From Chiloscyllium plagiosum (Eukaryota): DNA of 64,000 nt. The position numbers and the translations under genes are program-made. Shown here piece by piece: positions 25,076 through 38,797 of the stretch (positions are counted from its first letter, which is position 1; the number at the start of each line of letters is the position of its first letter). The notes below the pieces were generated by a model. That model saw only the letters and a program-made list of their open reading frames with translations. It did not search any database and was not told where the DNA came from. Location: positions 27,628,180-27,692,179 of the forward strand of contig NC_057748.1 of NCBI RefSeq assembly GCF_004010195.1, written 5' to 3'.

Positions 25076-26500
25076 CCCGAAGAATTATATCTAAACCCTC
25101 TTACAAAAAAAATAATTCCCTTTTCTTTCTTTGAGCTTCCTTGGTGTTATAGAGGCATGAAGTCATGGAGACCTATGGCAGAGAAACAAGACATTCAGCT
25201 CAATCCGTCCAACCTACATGGGTACATAGAGGTAAGATATGGAACAGGACGTTTCGAGGATAATTGAGAGAAAATGTTTTTACCCATAGAGTGGTGTGCA
25301 TGTGGAACACACTGCCTCTAAAGGGGGTAGAGGCAGAACATCTCATAACATTGAAAAAGTATTTAGTTGCGCACGTGCTGGAAAATGGGATCAGAATGCT
25401 TTGGGATTCTTTTTGATCAATTCAGGCTTGATGGATTGAACAATCTTTTACTGTGTTGGATACTTTTATGATTTTTTGACATTAATTTTCGAATCATGGA
25501 GTCATAGATATATACAGCAGGAAAACAGACCCTTCGGCCCAACTCGTTCATACCAGATGAAATTGATCATGACCATATGTCCCAATCTAATCTAATCCCA
25601 ATCGCCAGCAACCGGCCCATATCCCTCTAAACTCTTCCTATTCATATACCCATGCAGATGGCTTTCAAATGTTGTCATCAATCCTCTTCATTACTTCTTC
25701 AAAAAATTCAATCAAGTTCGTGAGACATGATGGTTTGACCTCTCCAATTATTTTCGAACTATTAATCCTATCCTTTCATAACGTATTCAGAACCCTGCTT
25801 TGAGTCAGCACCCTTGCCAGAGGAGATGCACTGCTGGCCTTTGTATTGCAATGATTTGAAATGTTGAAATTGTACGAACTCCCACCACGTCCTGTTCCAT
25901 ATCTTACCTCTATGTGCCCCTGAAGGTTGGACGGGTTGAGCTGAATGTCCTGTTTGGTGGATTTGGTGCGGGGCGATTCAGTTCAGAATGTTTGTGAATA
26001 TTACCTAGCTCAACTTTGAAAAACACTATCTGGAAAAATCAGACCTGTGTAAACTTTAGGGGAAAGCTCTTGTTGGTGGATTCGGAGCCCAGGCTTGAGA
26101 TTTTCTGAAGGTGGACACCATCGTCATCACTGCCGCTGGGCGCCGCTGTGACTCATGTATGTCCTCAATAAAACTGCTCTGTGGTGCTGTGACTGATATG
26201 TATCCTCTTCCCTGCGCTGTGTGGTGTTCTAACTGAAACATACCTGACTCATCACTACCCCCAAACATGCACACTCATGCATGCACGCTTGCGCGCGCAC
26301 ACACACACGCAGACTCATGCTGCTGATACGTGGTGCAGTAACTGAAAAATATTCCTGGTGAGCCCCCACCCCCACAAACACACACATTCACGCTCATCCC
26401 TGCAGTTGGGTGGTGTTCTATTTGAAATAAATGCACGAATGAGGCACACACATTTATCTTTGGTACTGAATAGTGCTGTAACTGAAATATATCTAAAATA

Positions 26501-26533
<33 letters not shown>

Positions 26534-29276
26534 ACATCCATGCTGCAAGGGAAGGTAATGTGTTATTTTTCATCACTCCCCTCATATTCTCAACACCCCT
26601 GTATACCTTCAGTGACCAAAGCAGTGGATCGTGCAGCACTTGGTTGCAATGTTCTGTGGAAGGGTCATTTTACCTGAAACGTTATCTTTGTCACCAGACC
26701 TGCCGAGACTTTCCAGCAACTTCTGTTTTTGTTTCTGCTTGATAGCATTCGCAGTTCTTTCCGCTTTTATTTGTTATTTGGGGTATTTGATTTATTTATT
26801 TATTATCACATTTGATCTGTTTTAATCTGATTTATTATTGGGACAAGTACTGAGGTATATGGAAAAGGTTTGCTTTGCATTCAGTACACCATATCGTACA
26901 AAGTGTGCTAGGGTAAAAGAACAGAGCAAGGAATACAATGTTATGCCTCCAGAAAAGGTGTACAAAGCGCAAGATCACCATTAGATTCACAATTTGAGAG
27001 ATTTATTCAGAAGTCAGTCAACAGAAGGGGAGAAACTGTTCTTAAATCTATTTGTACAAAAATGGAAGCGTTTGCGTCTTCTGCTTGATCGAGAAGATTA
27101 TAACTGGGGTGGGAGTGTTTTTTTTTTATTATGTTGGCTGTCTTACCGAGGGTGTGACAAGTATAGGTGGCGGCAATGCATGGAAAGTTGGCTTATGTGA
27201 TGTACTGACTTTGTTTGCAACTCATTGCAGTTTCTTTCGATCCTGGGCAAAGCAGCTGACATACCAAGCCACGATGCACCTGGAAACATCACTTTCTATG
27301 TTGAATCTGTAAAAAATTGTAAAAATCTTTTTTTCACATATCAAAGTTCTTTAGCCTCCTTACGAAGTAGAGGTGTTGTTTTGCTTTATATACTTTCCAG
27401 ATAACATTGGTGGACCAGGACAGATTGTTATGATTATCATCCTAGGAAGGTGAAGCTTTCCATCTCAGCACCATTAATGTAGAAAGATGCATTCAAAAGT
27501 GTTTTCTCAACACCATCTAGCACCACTTTGTTTTGCAAATAAAATAAAAAGAAATTAGACCAACACTGTTCTTAATTTGTACAAACGACCTTCAAACTGA
27601 AATTTTGCAAGGACTCTGCAAGATATGCCAGTCCTCGAGTTTCCCCAACTCTGGGTACAGCAATGACAACATGACCAAGTCTCTCTATTCCGGCCACCAT
27701 CTCCACCGCAGCTGACAGCACACTGAGCACCACCAGAGACGATAACCCACATTTCCCAGTATTTACGTTTCAAATAGGGATCTGAATCCTTTCTCATATT
27801 CCTCTCAGATCCGCTGGCTCTCGCCATTCTCGCGCAGTGAATGATGAATACAGTCAACCTAATAGCTGGAGGTGCTGTGACTGATATATATCCTCATCAT
27901 TGGTGCTGTAACAAATATATATTGCATACACACCATCTTCATCCCTGCCTGTGGGAAGTGCTATGAATGTGGCACATCATCATTCCAGGTGCAAGGTAAC
28001 GCTGCGTCTGAGGATTCAATTTGCCCTTACGTTCTCAACAGCTTTGCATAGCTTCAGCAATCGAAATAATTGATCGTGTAGCACTTGCTTCTCTGTTGCA
28101 AATTCGTCACATATCTGGAAACTTTGCTTTCTTGTCACTCCCTCTCCCTTTCTGTTTCTGTCACCCTTTCTCTTTCTAACAGCACTCTCTCGTCCTATCT
28201 CTTTCCAAACCTCTTTCCTCCCATCATCCAACGTCCCTCTGTATTCTTTCCTTTCACCACCTTTATCATGGCCCTCAACCTCTCAGCCCTCTGCTGCTGT
28301 ATTCCTGCCCTTACTGCCACCCACTCTGAATCCCGTCTCTGACTCTCTCCCTCACTTTTTTAACACTCTGTCAAAACTTTCCCTCCTTACTCTCTGTCTC
28401 CATATCCCTTGATATATCCGACTTGCCATCTCTCTCCAACTGAATCTCTCAATCGAACTGCAACCTTTTTCCAGTACCTGTGTCTTCCTTTCTGTTTCGC
28501 ACCCCTCCCTGAATCACTTCCTCTCTCACTCTCACTCACAGTTTAACACCCTCCCCATCTCATTTCCTTTACCTACCTTTTCTTTCTCGCTACGTCTCCC
28601 TGTCTTGACGCTATGAAATTGTACTCGCTCAGGACCGCATTGGTTTGATTAATTAATACATTCATGTGGAATCTATTCTGATTCAGAGTGACGGTGACAG
28701 CTATCATCGAGTGTCATTAAAAAAAAACCTCACCATCGTATTTTCACTAATGGGGGAAGTAATCCAGCATTTGTTACTCTGGTCTGGGCCTCCATGTGAC
28801 TCCATGCCCACACAATGATGAGAGGGTGGGGCGGCATAAAGCTGTCCTCTGAGAGTTCCGAGGATCAATTAAGGATGGATGGTGGGTGCTGGGCTCAGCG
28901 AGACAAAGTCATGTGAAATGGGAGCGGGAATAAATTCTGTCAGTGGGACCTTCCTGCGTTTCTGCCTTCCCTGAGCTCCTTCTGTTTTAGGTGGCCTTGG
29001 TATACACCCCCTCTCTGTCACATCCTCTCCTGGCCAGTGAATAGGCAGATTTCTTTTAGATACTGAAGGGAACAAGTGAGAAAGAGGGCACCTGACGTTG
29101 AGGCCATGGTCAGATTTACGAGTGTAGCAGATTGGAGGGCTGAATGGCCTCCTTCTGCTCCTAGCTTCTGAGTCGCCCTCACCCTCGTTTCTCTGCCTGT
29201 TCCTCTGCCTCAGAGATGCTGGAGGGGCCTCACAAATAAAAGTTTAATGAAATGCTGTTGGCTTGTGTATCCCCAG

Positions 29277-29428
29277 GCAGAACTTCCACTGTTGTGGCAA
29301 GAACAGCGTACTGTGTCAATTAATTGTGGACCGAAGATGTGAATAAGCCTAAGGAATACTTCAACTGGCCTGTCCCAGAAGATTTTTTACCTGGTGGGGG
29401 CTGTATGTTACCATTACAGTGATAGCTC
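29277..29428 (+). pseudogene. HAAF-like pseudo-exon (unit C)
   Basis: ccccag|gcagaacttccactgttgtggcaag...gaatacttcaactggcctgtccc...ttacctggtggggg aligns to 2779-2931. It has indels and has lost the donor. Confidence 0.85.
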
Positions 29429-30928
29429 TATCAAACTCTCCTGCTACCACATCCCCATTGCAATCCTTTTGACTCAAATGTGCATGTACGCTTCCCCTTA
29501 GCATTTCTTTGCCTTCCAAGCACATACATTTTCACTTTTCCTCACATCCATGACCATACCCTGGACAGAAATGCTATTCAGTCGTGGGCACCATGTCAAC
29601 GCGACCTGAAGTGGCTCTCTCCCTGCCAGATGTAGCTTAGTGCCATAATGTGTCACAACATGGGGAAGAATGAAATGCCCTTTGTACCTGCGGATTCAAG
29701 ATGCAATGAAATTAAATTTATGAAATATCCTCACAATTGACCCCCATTGAAACCTAAGTAGACGCTTTTCAATGCGAAGCTCAGACTTGATGAATAAACA
29801 ATTTTGAACTCTAGTTCGTCTCTTAAACAAAAGATTTAGGAAATTGTCAACAATACACAAACTTCAGTAGAGCAAGATTGAGTACCAAAGGAATTCGACT
29901 CTACGTTAAATTTATGCATTTATTCCCATTCACAGAAAAGGCAGGCAGACAAATGAATACAGTTAAGGCATAAACAATAAAAACAAGTCTAGCCAGAAAC
30001 TTTCACTGACTTTCATGATATGATGTTCCACAGCTATAGGATAATGTTTTCTTGAATGATTTTCTGAAGGTGTCCATCAGGGTCACTTCTCCAGTTCACT
30101 CAGATAAAGGCAGAAGTATTTATAACCGAGTTTTATATTCTCAGAACTTCCAAAATCTGATAAGCGATGTTAGATAGGGAACCTTCAAGCTATCATACTG
30201 TAACGTCAAAAGCAAAAATTCATTTTGTTTATAGAACACAGCCTACAATACAATTGAAACTCTGATCACTCCCTGAAAGCATTACCGTCTCCTCCATGAG
30301 ATGGAATTTGCAATTTGTTTGAAAAGAAGGTCTTTTCCAGACTGTCTGGAACTAGTTACCGAGTATTGACATCATTAATGGAAACTTTTGTCCTCTGTTT
30401 AAGCACAATGCTCTTCCCTGTTTATGAAGCAACTTCAGCATCCTCTGATCCGGAACTGGTCTATTCTTTTCAACACAAGCTGATATCCAGAGTCAAAAAG
30501 TCAACTTTAGCTCACAGTTCACAGCTCCAAAACAACATTGATAAGAGATTTTAAACAAAAATTATGAACAATCATTGAGGCTCGTAACAGATTGAGCTGA
30601 CCGGCTCTGGATGCAGAGAGTGAGTTGGGGGAATGGGAAATGGAAGTAAGGGGTGGGCCAATCACCGCACTGTTATTGTTGGAAGATGGGCAATTAGAGA
30701 AAAAGTGGTGTGGGGGTGGTTCAAGAGTTATCAGACGTACTTGGTACCAAAATCCAAGAGTCTGCACTCAACAGTACATCCTTTACCTTCATCCAAAACA
30801 CAGGATCCTGACCCAACTCATTAAACGTGTCCAAAACACATACCAGACCATCCAACGTCAGATGTATGAATTGCACAAGTAGTTACTTTAGGGTCATCAA
30901 TGGAGCTTGGAATGTGTTTGACTTTTAG

Positions 30929-31279
30929 ATACTTTGGCTGTTCTTGTCCTCAATCAGATACCGTGTCCGACCCAGTCTCCGCTGGTCAGACCGCCCGATT
31001 GAAGTGTGCGATGTAGAACGATAATGTGGGCAGCTATTATGTGCACTGGTACTGACAGAGTCCCGGAGGAGCCCCGGGGTGGGCAATCGTGCATTATATC
31101 AATGATACAATATCTGGGGTGACGGCTTCACTGATCGTTTCCAACCTTCTCGAGACTCCTCCAGTAGTAGTTTCATCCTAACCATCGGAAACCTGCTCTC
31201 TGATGACTCCACTGTCCATTGCTATCAGGTCTATAATAGCTCAGCTGGTTATCACAGTGACTCGGTCAATACAATAACT
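30929..31279 (+). pseudogene. Ig light chain pseudo-V with RSS (cluster 1), leaderless
   Basis: Homologous to 51220-51573 but with two 1-nt deletions, TAG at 31014, TGA at 31053 and YYC changed to HCY. CACAGTG at 31253-31259, 11-nt spacer, ACAATAACT. No leader or octamer upstream. Confidence 0.92.
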
Positions 31280-31592
31280 CAGGGCGCACAACCGCTCAAA
31301 TTTACAACAGCGTCTGAAACATCATTGGTTGAGGAAATGTCATCACCTCCAACAACATCCTTCAGTGCAATTTCCTTCACAGCCCAGCTGAAATTTGAGG
31401 CATTAGAGTCTGGATCAAACCCTGTGTAGTGTTAACAGAGATGAGAGGGATTGCGAAATCTCTCTCCAGTCTGTGAATCGGTCCAACCCACACACCCTTC
31501 ATTTCCACGAGAAAGGCTCAACGTGGAAAAGGACAGATTGCTAATATTTGTTTTCTTCTCCACCCCCCCCCCCCCCCTTCAGCCCTCGGTGT

Positions 31593-31669
31593 AGTTCATG
31601 ATGAGCCACAGCATTGGAATGCCTCTCTGTGATTCATCTTCGGAGGTGGGATTGCTCTGACTGTTTGCA
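31593..31669 (+). pseudogene. J segment of pseudo-cluster 1 with degenerate RSS
   Basis: CTCTGTG at 31625-31631. J 31632-31669 encodes FIFGGGIALTVC with a gtaagt donor. Nonamer decayed (AGTTCATGA at 23-nt spacing). Confidence 0.88.
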
Positions 31670-32927
31670 GTAAGTGATTCGGTTTTCTCTCTATTTTTCA
31701 TTCAGCTTAGTTCAATTTTTATCCCTTCAGTGTCGATTCTGTTCTTGATATTTCGCCAATTCACCATTTAACACATTTAGCAACAAATTGAACTTTCACA
31801 TAAAAGTCTGTATTATATAACAATTCACTCATTCACTTATTCACTCACTCATTCACTCACTCACTCAGAGAATCACAGAGGTTAAAGTATGGTTTATATC
31901 AATAAGTCTCTTACATAATCGCACAGGTCAGAGCATGAATAATGTGCTCGCATTCACACACACACACACGTCTAATAGATTATATCAATACACGTAATTC
32001 TCTCACACACATAGAGTTCGGTGCTCTTTTCGTAATCACAGTAACACACATATCAGAATATGATTTACAGCAATAAATTCTCTTCCTCTCCCTCTCTGTG
32101 ACACACACTTGTCAATGTTACATTGATCATTCTCTTTCTCACAGAAGTATGCAGCGATCAGAGTTACTAGTAATTATTATTAAAATTTCTATGTCACTCA
32201 CACACAGATCAGAGATTATATCAGTCATTCTCACAGACATACTGGTCAGCGTTCCATGAATAATTCACTCCTATGCAGACAGCCACGGGTCAGAACATTA
32301 TTTATATTAAGCTATCTCTGTCTCTCTCTGTCGCCTTCTCTCTCTCACACGTACAGATGAAGACACACATACACAAGTCAGTGTGTTATTTATATCAATC
32401 ACTTCTTCTCACAAACACACACGGGTTAGAGATTATATCAGTAATTCGGTCTCACACACAGGTCAGTGATATGTTAATAATTCCTTCGCTCAAAAATGCA
32501 TACAGGTCAGAGATTCTAACAATAATTCCCTCACACACACGGGTCAGAGATTCGAGCAATAATTCTCTGTCACATATACAACTCAGAGTTCCCCTAATAC
32601 TTCTCTCTGTCGTTAACACGTTAAATACACACGGGTCAGAGATTATAACAATAAATCCCTCACACGAACACGTCTGGATGTTATCTATATTTTAGTAATT
32701 CTGTCTCTCTCATACGCACATAGGTCAAAGCGTTATTTGCATTAATATTTCTCGCACACACGAACTCCGATAGATCTGAGATTATACCAATGATCATCGC
32801 ACACGTCCAGGTTAGTGTAATATTGATAATTCTATTTCTTACAAACACGGACAGTTCAGAGATTATACGAATAATTCTCTGTTACACACACACCGGTCAG
32901 AGTTACGTTAATAGTTGTCTCACATAG

Positions 32928-33138
32928 TTAAAAATCACACAACACCAGGTTATAGTCCAACAGGTTTCATTGGAAGCACTAGCTTTCGGAGCCCTGCTCC
33001 TTCATCAGGTGGTTGTCTGATGAAGGAGCGTCGCTCCGAAAGCTGGTGTGTTTCCAATGAAACCTGTTGGACTATAACCTGGTGTTGTGTGATTTTAAAC
33101 TTTGTATACCCCAGTCCAAAACTGGCATCTCCAAATCA
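32928..33138. mobile_element. Second family of palindromic Penelope-like terminus in the pseudo-cluster J-C intron
   Basis: About 80-bp inverted arms (32927-33008 / 33017-33100). TSD TGTCTCACATAG at 32916 and 33139. Absent from the cluster 2 intron. Confidence 0.75.
32977..33011 (-). ncRNA. Minimal type-I hammerhead ribozyme motif
   Basis: The minus strand reads CAC-CUGAUGA-A-GGAGC-AGG-GCUCC-GAAAG-CUA-GUG: core boxes, a 5-bp stem II, palindromic AG/CU stem III, CUA cleavage triplet and a 3-bp stem I. Confidence 0.6.
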
Positions 33139-33845
33139 TGTCTCACATAGACACACAAAGGTCAGACTGTTACTTACATCAATCTTTCTCTCTCTTCCTC
33201 TCTCTCATACGTACAGGTCAAAGTTACACTAATGATCTGTCTCTTTCTCAGACACAGTCACACTGGTCAGGGTGTTTTATTTATGTTAATGATTGTCTCT
33301 CCCCATCTCTGTCTCTCGTCTTGCCTCTCTCCCACCTATCCCTACCCATCCAGCCACCACCACAACAGCAGAATGCTCAATGTGGTGATTCTCCCTCTCG
33401 CTCATACAAAACGCAGGCACAGCTCCGAGATTTAATCAAGAATTCTCTCTCACGCAAAGAGATCAGCGTGCGATTTGTATTAATAATTCTTTTGCTGTCT
33501 CTCTCTCTCTCACACACACACACACTCACAGAGGACGGCGTGTAATATATATATATATATATATATATATCAATCATTTTCTCAGTCATCCTTCAGAACG
33601 TAAAACATAGAAATAAATCTGTCTCCCGTTCTGTGTTTCTCAAATAAACACAGGTAAGAGTCTCAGACATTAATAATGCTGTCTCTCACGAATATGCACA
33701 CATGAAGTCAAAGTAATATATATTAATAATTTGAAGTCTCAGTCCCTCGCACACATGGTTCACAGTCTTGCGTAATTTTCTCTCTCTCGGTCAGAGCGTT
33801 TTTATTAATACACTGAATCGTCTTTTGCTCTCTTTCCCCACACAG

Positions 33846-34167
33846 GCAGTGATGATCAGAAACCAATGTCCTTCCACTCCCTCCTCCGCCAGAACAAATA
33901 GACACGGGGTCAGCCACTCTGTCCTGTCTGGTGAGTCACTTTAAGCCGGGCTTTGCACAGGTCCTCTGGGGCATGGATGGGAAAGAGACAGGCAGCAAGG
34001 TGGCCACTAGTGCTGTGCCCCCGGACAGCGATCAAAGCTACAGCCTGAGCAGTTACCTGACAGTACTGGCCACTGACTGGAAGAAAGGCTCAAGATATTC
34101 CTGCAGTGTGGGGCACGGTTCACTGAACTCCCCTCTCCTCAACACCATCAGCTCCAGGGACTGTTAG
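33846..34167 (+). pseudogene. Ig light chain pseudo-C exon (cluster 1)
   Basis: 322 nt versus 323 nt in cluster 2. A 1-nt deletion after KP (cca at gtc vs cca tct gtc) shifts the frame to an early TAG. The downstream C1-set frame is still readable (SHFKPGF...YSLSSYL...YSCSVGHG...SRDC*). Confidence 0.92.
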
Positions 34168-35669
34168 CTCTAAGGTGTACAATGACCCAAATCAGTCACT
34201 ATGCACGATGTGGCGTTTTGTTGTTTTAGTTTTGCAATGTAATTTCTACAACAATGTCATTATTTTGTGAATATTGAAGGGTATCAGGAGTGGGTGAAAT
34301 GATTATTCCATTTGGTGAGTGGAGATTACCTGCTCCAATTGTCGCCAGCATTTTGTGTGCAAACTCTCGTTCTGGGTAGAATGGGGAGTGATCTCCACTT
34401 TTAGTCAATGACCATGCTGTATTTGTGAATTTTGGAAACACAGCTATGAATAAATATGAAATGGTACCACGAAATGACTGTTCCTCATTATTAAACATTA
34501 AAAGAGTCACTGAGGAGTTTGGCATTGGATACTGTCCACTTGTGACAATATTACACGGCATTATATCAGGTAATGGCATGGAATCGCACATCAATAATTT
34601 TAACCTTAACTACTCCATAATGGCGCGAGTCCCCCAATCTCTCCCTACTCCCTGTGAGAGTGATTCCCTATTCTTCCCCACTCCCTGTGGTAGCTAGTCT
34701 CTCAATCCTCCTGGCTGTAGAAGTTCCTCTTGGATTTCTGACTGAATTTATTGGGACTGGCCAACTTCGGTATTGTTTGCTGAAGAAACATAACATTCAA
34801 CTCTACTGGCCTTTAGGAGTTTTAAAGCCTCAATCATGCAATGTTGCTCAACTCTTTATTTTCTAGAGATAAGTGCCCCTGGCTGGTCACTCTGTCCTGT
34901 ATCTTGGCCTCTATATCTGAGGGCAGTCTAACTAACAAACATAGTTCGGGATTGCATTGTGTAAAACACATGTAAAACACATGTAAAACACATGTATCAG
35001 GGACAGCACGCTGTTGGGCAGAAACGAGAAACCTGCAGAAAAGTCTGTGTTGCCAGCCTGTTTCCCAGTACAGCTCTGTATGTGTTCACACTCATACTAC
35101 ACACACAAACAACACACACACGCACACACACACATAAATGCACTGGTCTCTTCACACCGACAACAGTGAGATTTGACCCAATCTCAACGTCTGTGTGATG
35201 GACAATGAGATTTCTCTGAGAGTGTGGGGTCTTTGTCCTGTCCCATATCTTCCAAAGTGAACTATCCTTACTTAATCAGGGAAACGTTTGTAAGAGATAG
35301 GCTAAGGTAGTCGGGGGAGACTTTCCCCCCAAAAAGAAGGTTGCGAATCGAATTTAGAAGGGGAGGGTAGTTGGAAATGGAGGGTTTTTTGACCCAGTGA
35401 TGCATTGTAATCACGGATTCAACAGGAACTTTTAACAAGTGGGTGGAGCATAGAGTAGGGCTTTGGCAGAACGAAAGATGGGGGCATGCGGATTGTGGGT
35501 GAGCTAAGTTGCGACTTCAGTCATAGTCCCAGCTAACAGCAGGATGAAGATAAGAAATTCTGGCCGGGAATGTTGACACTTACTAAAACATTTAAAAAGG
35601 CTTTAAACATTCAAAAGCTTGAAGCTTCATTCCAAGCACAAACCACATCTACATATACATCCATAAAAA

Positions 35670-35700
<31 letters not shown>

Positions 35701-38649
35701 GCGTGTGTGTGTGTGTGTGTGCATAAGCACACTTCATCTTTTTGAACACATAAATCTCTCTTTCTCTCTCGCACACACATTCCTTCTCTTAGGCACACTC
35801 ACTCTCTCACTTGTACAGATATTCACAAACACTCCACCTGTCACACACAGTCACACATTCTCTCACATGCAGTCTCTCTAATAACCCCTCTCGCTCACAC
35901 ACACGCTGTCCTCTTGCACAACCCTCTGTCTCACACACACACTTGCAATTTTTCACACGCTCTCATTCTTTCGTATACTCTCACTCCCACACATACACAC
36001 ATTTCTCTGTCTTTTGCTGGAACTCTCTCGAACTCTTCCTCACTCACAAACAGTCATTGACTTTTATGCACTCCTTTTCTCTCAGATTTACAGTCACGCA
36101 TACGTTCCCTTGCTCGAACACATTTTATCTTTTCACACGGTCTCTTTCACACAAACATAGACATAGAGTAGTACAATTGAAGCTGAGATGAGGGGAAATT
36201 TCTTCACTAGGCGGATGGTGATCCTGTGGAATTTTCCACCACAAAACGCTGTGAGGACCAAGTCATTAATCTCTATGTTAGAAAAAAAACGTGTTTTCTA
36301 AAGGCTAAAGCTGTTGAGGGATATTGGAAATAACGGCAGAATACACTGAGATCGAGGTTGAGCTATAATGGCATTGAATGGCAGCTGGTCAAATGGTCTC
36401 AGACTGTTCCTGCTCTCTATATTTGGCACAGACAACGGCCCACACATGTAGAGAGGGACATACAAAAACACACACAAATTAATATCTTCTATGTAGATCC
36501 AGAGTGGAAAACACATTTAAACATAGTTAGAGATCACTCCACAATTATCCAGGCATTTGTCTCACTCACACATATGCTTGATAAACCTGAAACTAAGTGA
36601 TGAGGAAGGGAACCCACTGGTGAGAGCTGACATTTGTCTGCTGGGGACAGATTGAGCAGCTTTGGCCTGTACTCACGGGTGTACACAAGAATGAGACCAG
36701 AACTAATTGAGGTGGATATCAATGCTAAAACAGATTAACAAAGGAAACGTGGAAAGGATACTTCCTTACGAGGAATAATCTAGCCCGAGAATTTTCGAAC
36801 CAGTGGTCGTATATTTAAGACAGAGTTGAGAAGGAATTATTTCTCTCAAAGGGTTGTGAATTTGTGAAGTGTGATGGATGCTGTATTACTTAGTAATTTT
36901 GAGGAAAAGATAGAGTTTTAATTAAGAATAGATTAAGGGGACCGAGGGCAGAAACGTGGAGTGCAGGACATGACGGAAATGTATGGTGAAACATGATGAA
37001 TGGTCTATTTCTGTCCTAGATCATGTCTTCTTTTGAGACTCTCTGCAGAGACTGAACAACGGTACAAAGATTGAGTGTCTGCAGCCAGAACAGAAACTGC
37101 TGAGATAGCATGGTGGATCTGTCACCTCGGCATGAATCCACTCAACTTTAACTAGCCTTATCTGAATGCGGATGACAGTACAGTGTCTGTAGCCTTTGCA
37201 AAGGGAAGAAAAATAATGATTACAAACAACAGGTTCCCCGTATAACAAATCAAGGAAATTGCGGGTGAGGATAATTAAATCAGGCAGGATGTGATTAAAT
37301 GATGGAGCTGACTCGATGGGCTGAATAATTTACTTCTCTTCCAACAAGTGAAAGATCCTCCAAGTCAAAACTGTATGAGTCTAATCCAATATAATTCTGT
37401 TCATCTGCGATTGGGGGATTGAAGCTGTTCAGTTGAATCAAATTCAATCATGAGACAGCGTGAATTATAGGTGAAAAAAAAATTAACTGAAGCATTGGAG
37501 TCAGTGTTGGTGGCGAGCTGGACTTCAGTCTGTATCAGAAAGTTGCAGAGAAAAGAAGAAGCGATATCTAGATAGTAAAACAACACACTGACTGTGACTG
37601 GCTGCGTCATTTCTGCTGGGCTCTGGGAAATTGTGGAAATCGCTTGCTGAGATTCTGACCAACGTGTGTTGGAGGGGCAGATGGGGGTGGTGGGTATTGA
37701 GGGGCTCGTCAGTTCACAATATTTTTTTTCTATTAATTTTTGTGGATATTACCAAGGTCGAGTTTCGAAGACGCTGGACTCTCTGGAAAAATGAGAGCAG
37801 TGCACATATTCAGGAGAAAGTTTCTTGTTGGTAGACTCGGAGCCCACTTTCAAGTTGGACAGCATCCTCATCCCTGCTGCTGCGACTCATGTATGTCCTC
37901 AACAAACCGCTGCGTGGTGCTGTGCCTCATAGGTGTCTTTTTCAGCTATGTGGTGCCGTAGCAGAAATATACCTAACACACACACACAAACACATCCCTA
38001 CAGCTAGTGAGGGCAATGTGCATTTTTTTTTCCCTCGGATCTCAATACTCCCCTTATATTCCCAACACTTCTGTATACCTTCAGTGATCAGAGCAGTGAA
38101 TCGTGCAGCACTTCCTTGCAATGTCTTATCTGAGGTAAAAGGCGTGTTCTGAGAACCTGAAACCTTAACTTTGCTGCTCGGCGTGCTGAGATTTTCCAGT
38201 AACTTCTGTTTTTGTTCTTTCAGCGTTTTTTGTTATTTTGGGTATTTGAGTTATTCATTTATAAGTCACATGAGATTTGTTTTATTTTGATCTTTTTATT
38301 GTCACATGTACTGAGTTACATGGAAAAGGTTTGTTTTACATGCAGTACAGGTAGATCATATCATACCAAGTGTACTAGGGTAATAGAACAGAGTGAGGGA
38401 TGTAATGTTTTAGCTGCAGAAAAGGTGCATAACGAACAATATCATCATTAGATTTGCAATTTGAGAGGTTAATTCAGATGTCTGATAACAGCCGAGAATA
38501 AGCTGTTCTTAAATCTGTGTGTAGATACGTGTCAGCTTTTGTATCATCTGCCTGATAGAAGAGATTATAACTGAGGTGGGAAGGTTCTTTAATTATGTTG
38601 GCTGCCTTCCCGAGGCTGAAACAAGTATAGATGGAGTCAATGCATGAAT

Positions 38650-38797
38650 GAGAATCCTGATGAATGAAGCCTTCCTGATGAATAGCTTATGCCCTAAACA
38701 TTGCTTATCCTGCTACTCGAATGCTGCCTGTTTTTATTTTTCCATCACCACACTCTAGATTCTGATCTCCAGCATCTGCAGTCCTCACTTTCTCCTC
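38650..38797 (+). mobile_element. Decayed Penelope-like terminus
   Basis: ttcctgatgaatagcttatgccctaaac...ctgatctccagcatctgcagtcctcactttctcc, with an imperfect TSD tcaatgcatg / tcaacgcgtg. Confidence 0.65.

Larger units (their letters stand above)
31800..33800 (+). repeat. J-C intron degenerate tandem repeat (cluster 1)
   Basis: Approximately 35-45-nt motif ataattctctct(ca)n-caggtcagag-attatatc repeated throughout. Confidence 0.8.

Noticed and set aside
29277-34167. Functional HAAF-Ig chimeric gene in unit C
   Set aside because: The HAAF exon is frameshifted and has lost its donor, its phase (2) does not match the V acceptor (1), and V and C carry stops or frameshifts.
35570-36191. His/Thr/Ser-rich ORFs here and at 56617-57115
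   Set aside because: They are translations of CA/CT low-complexity sequence.
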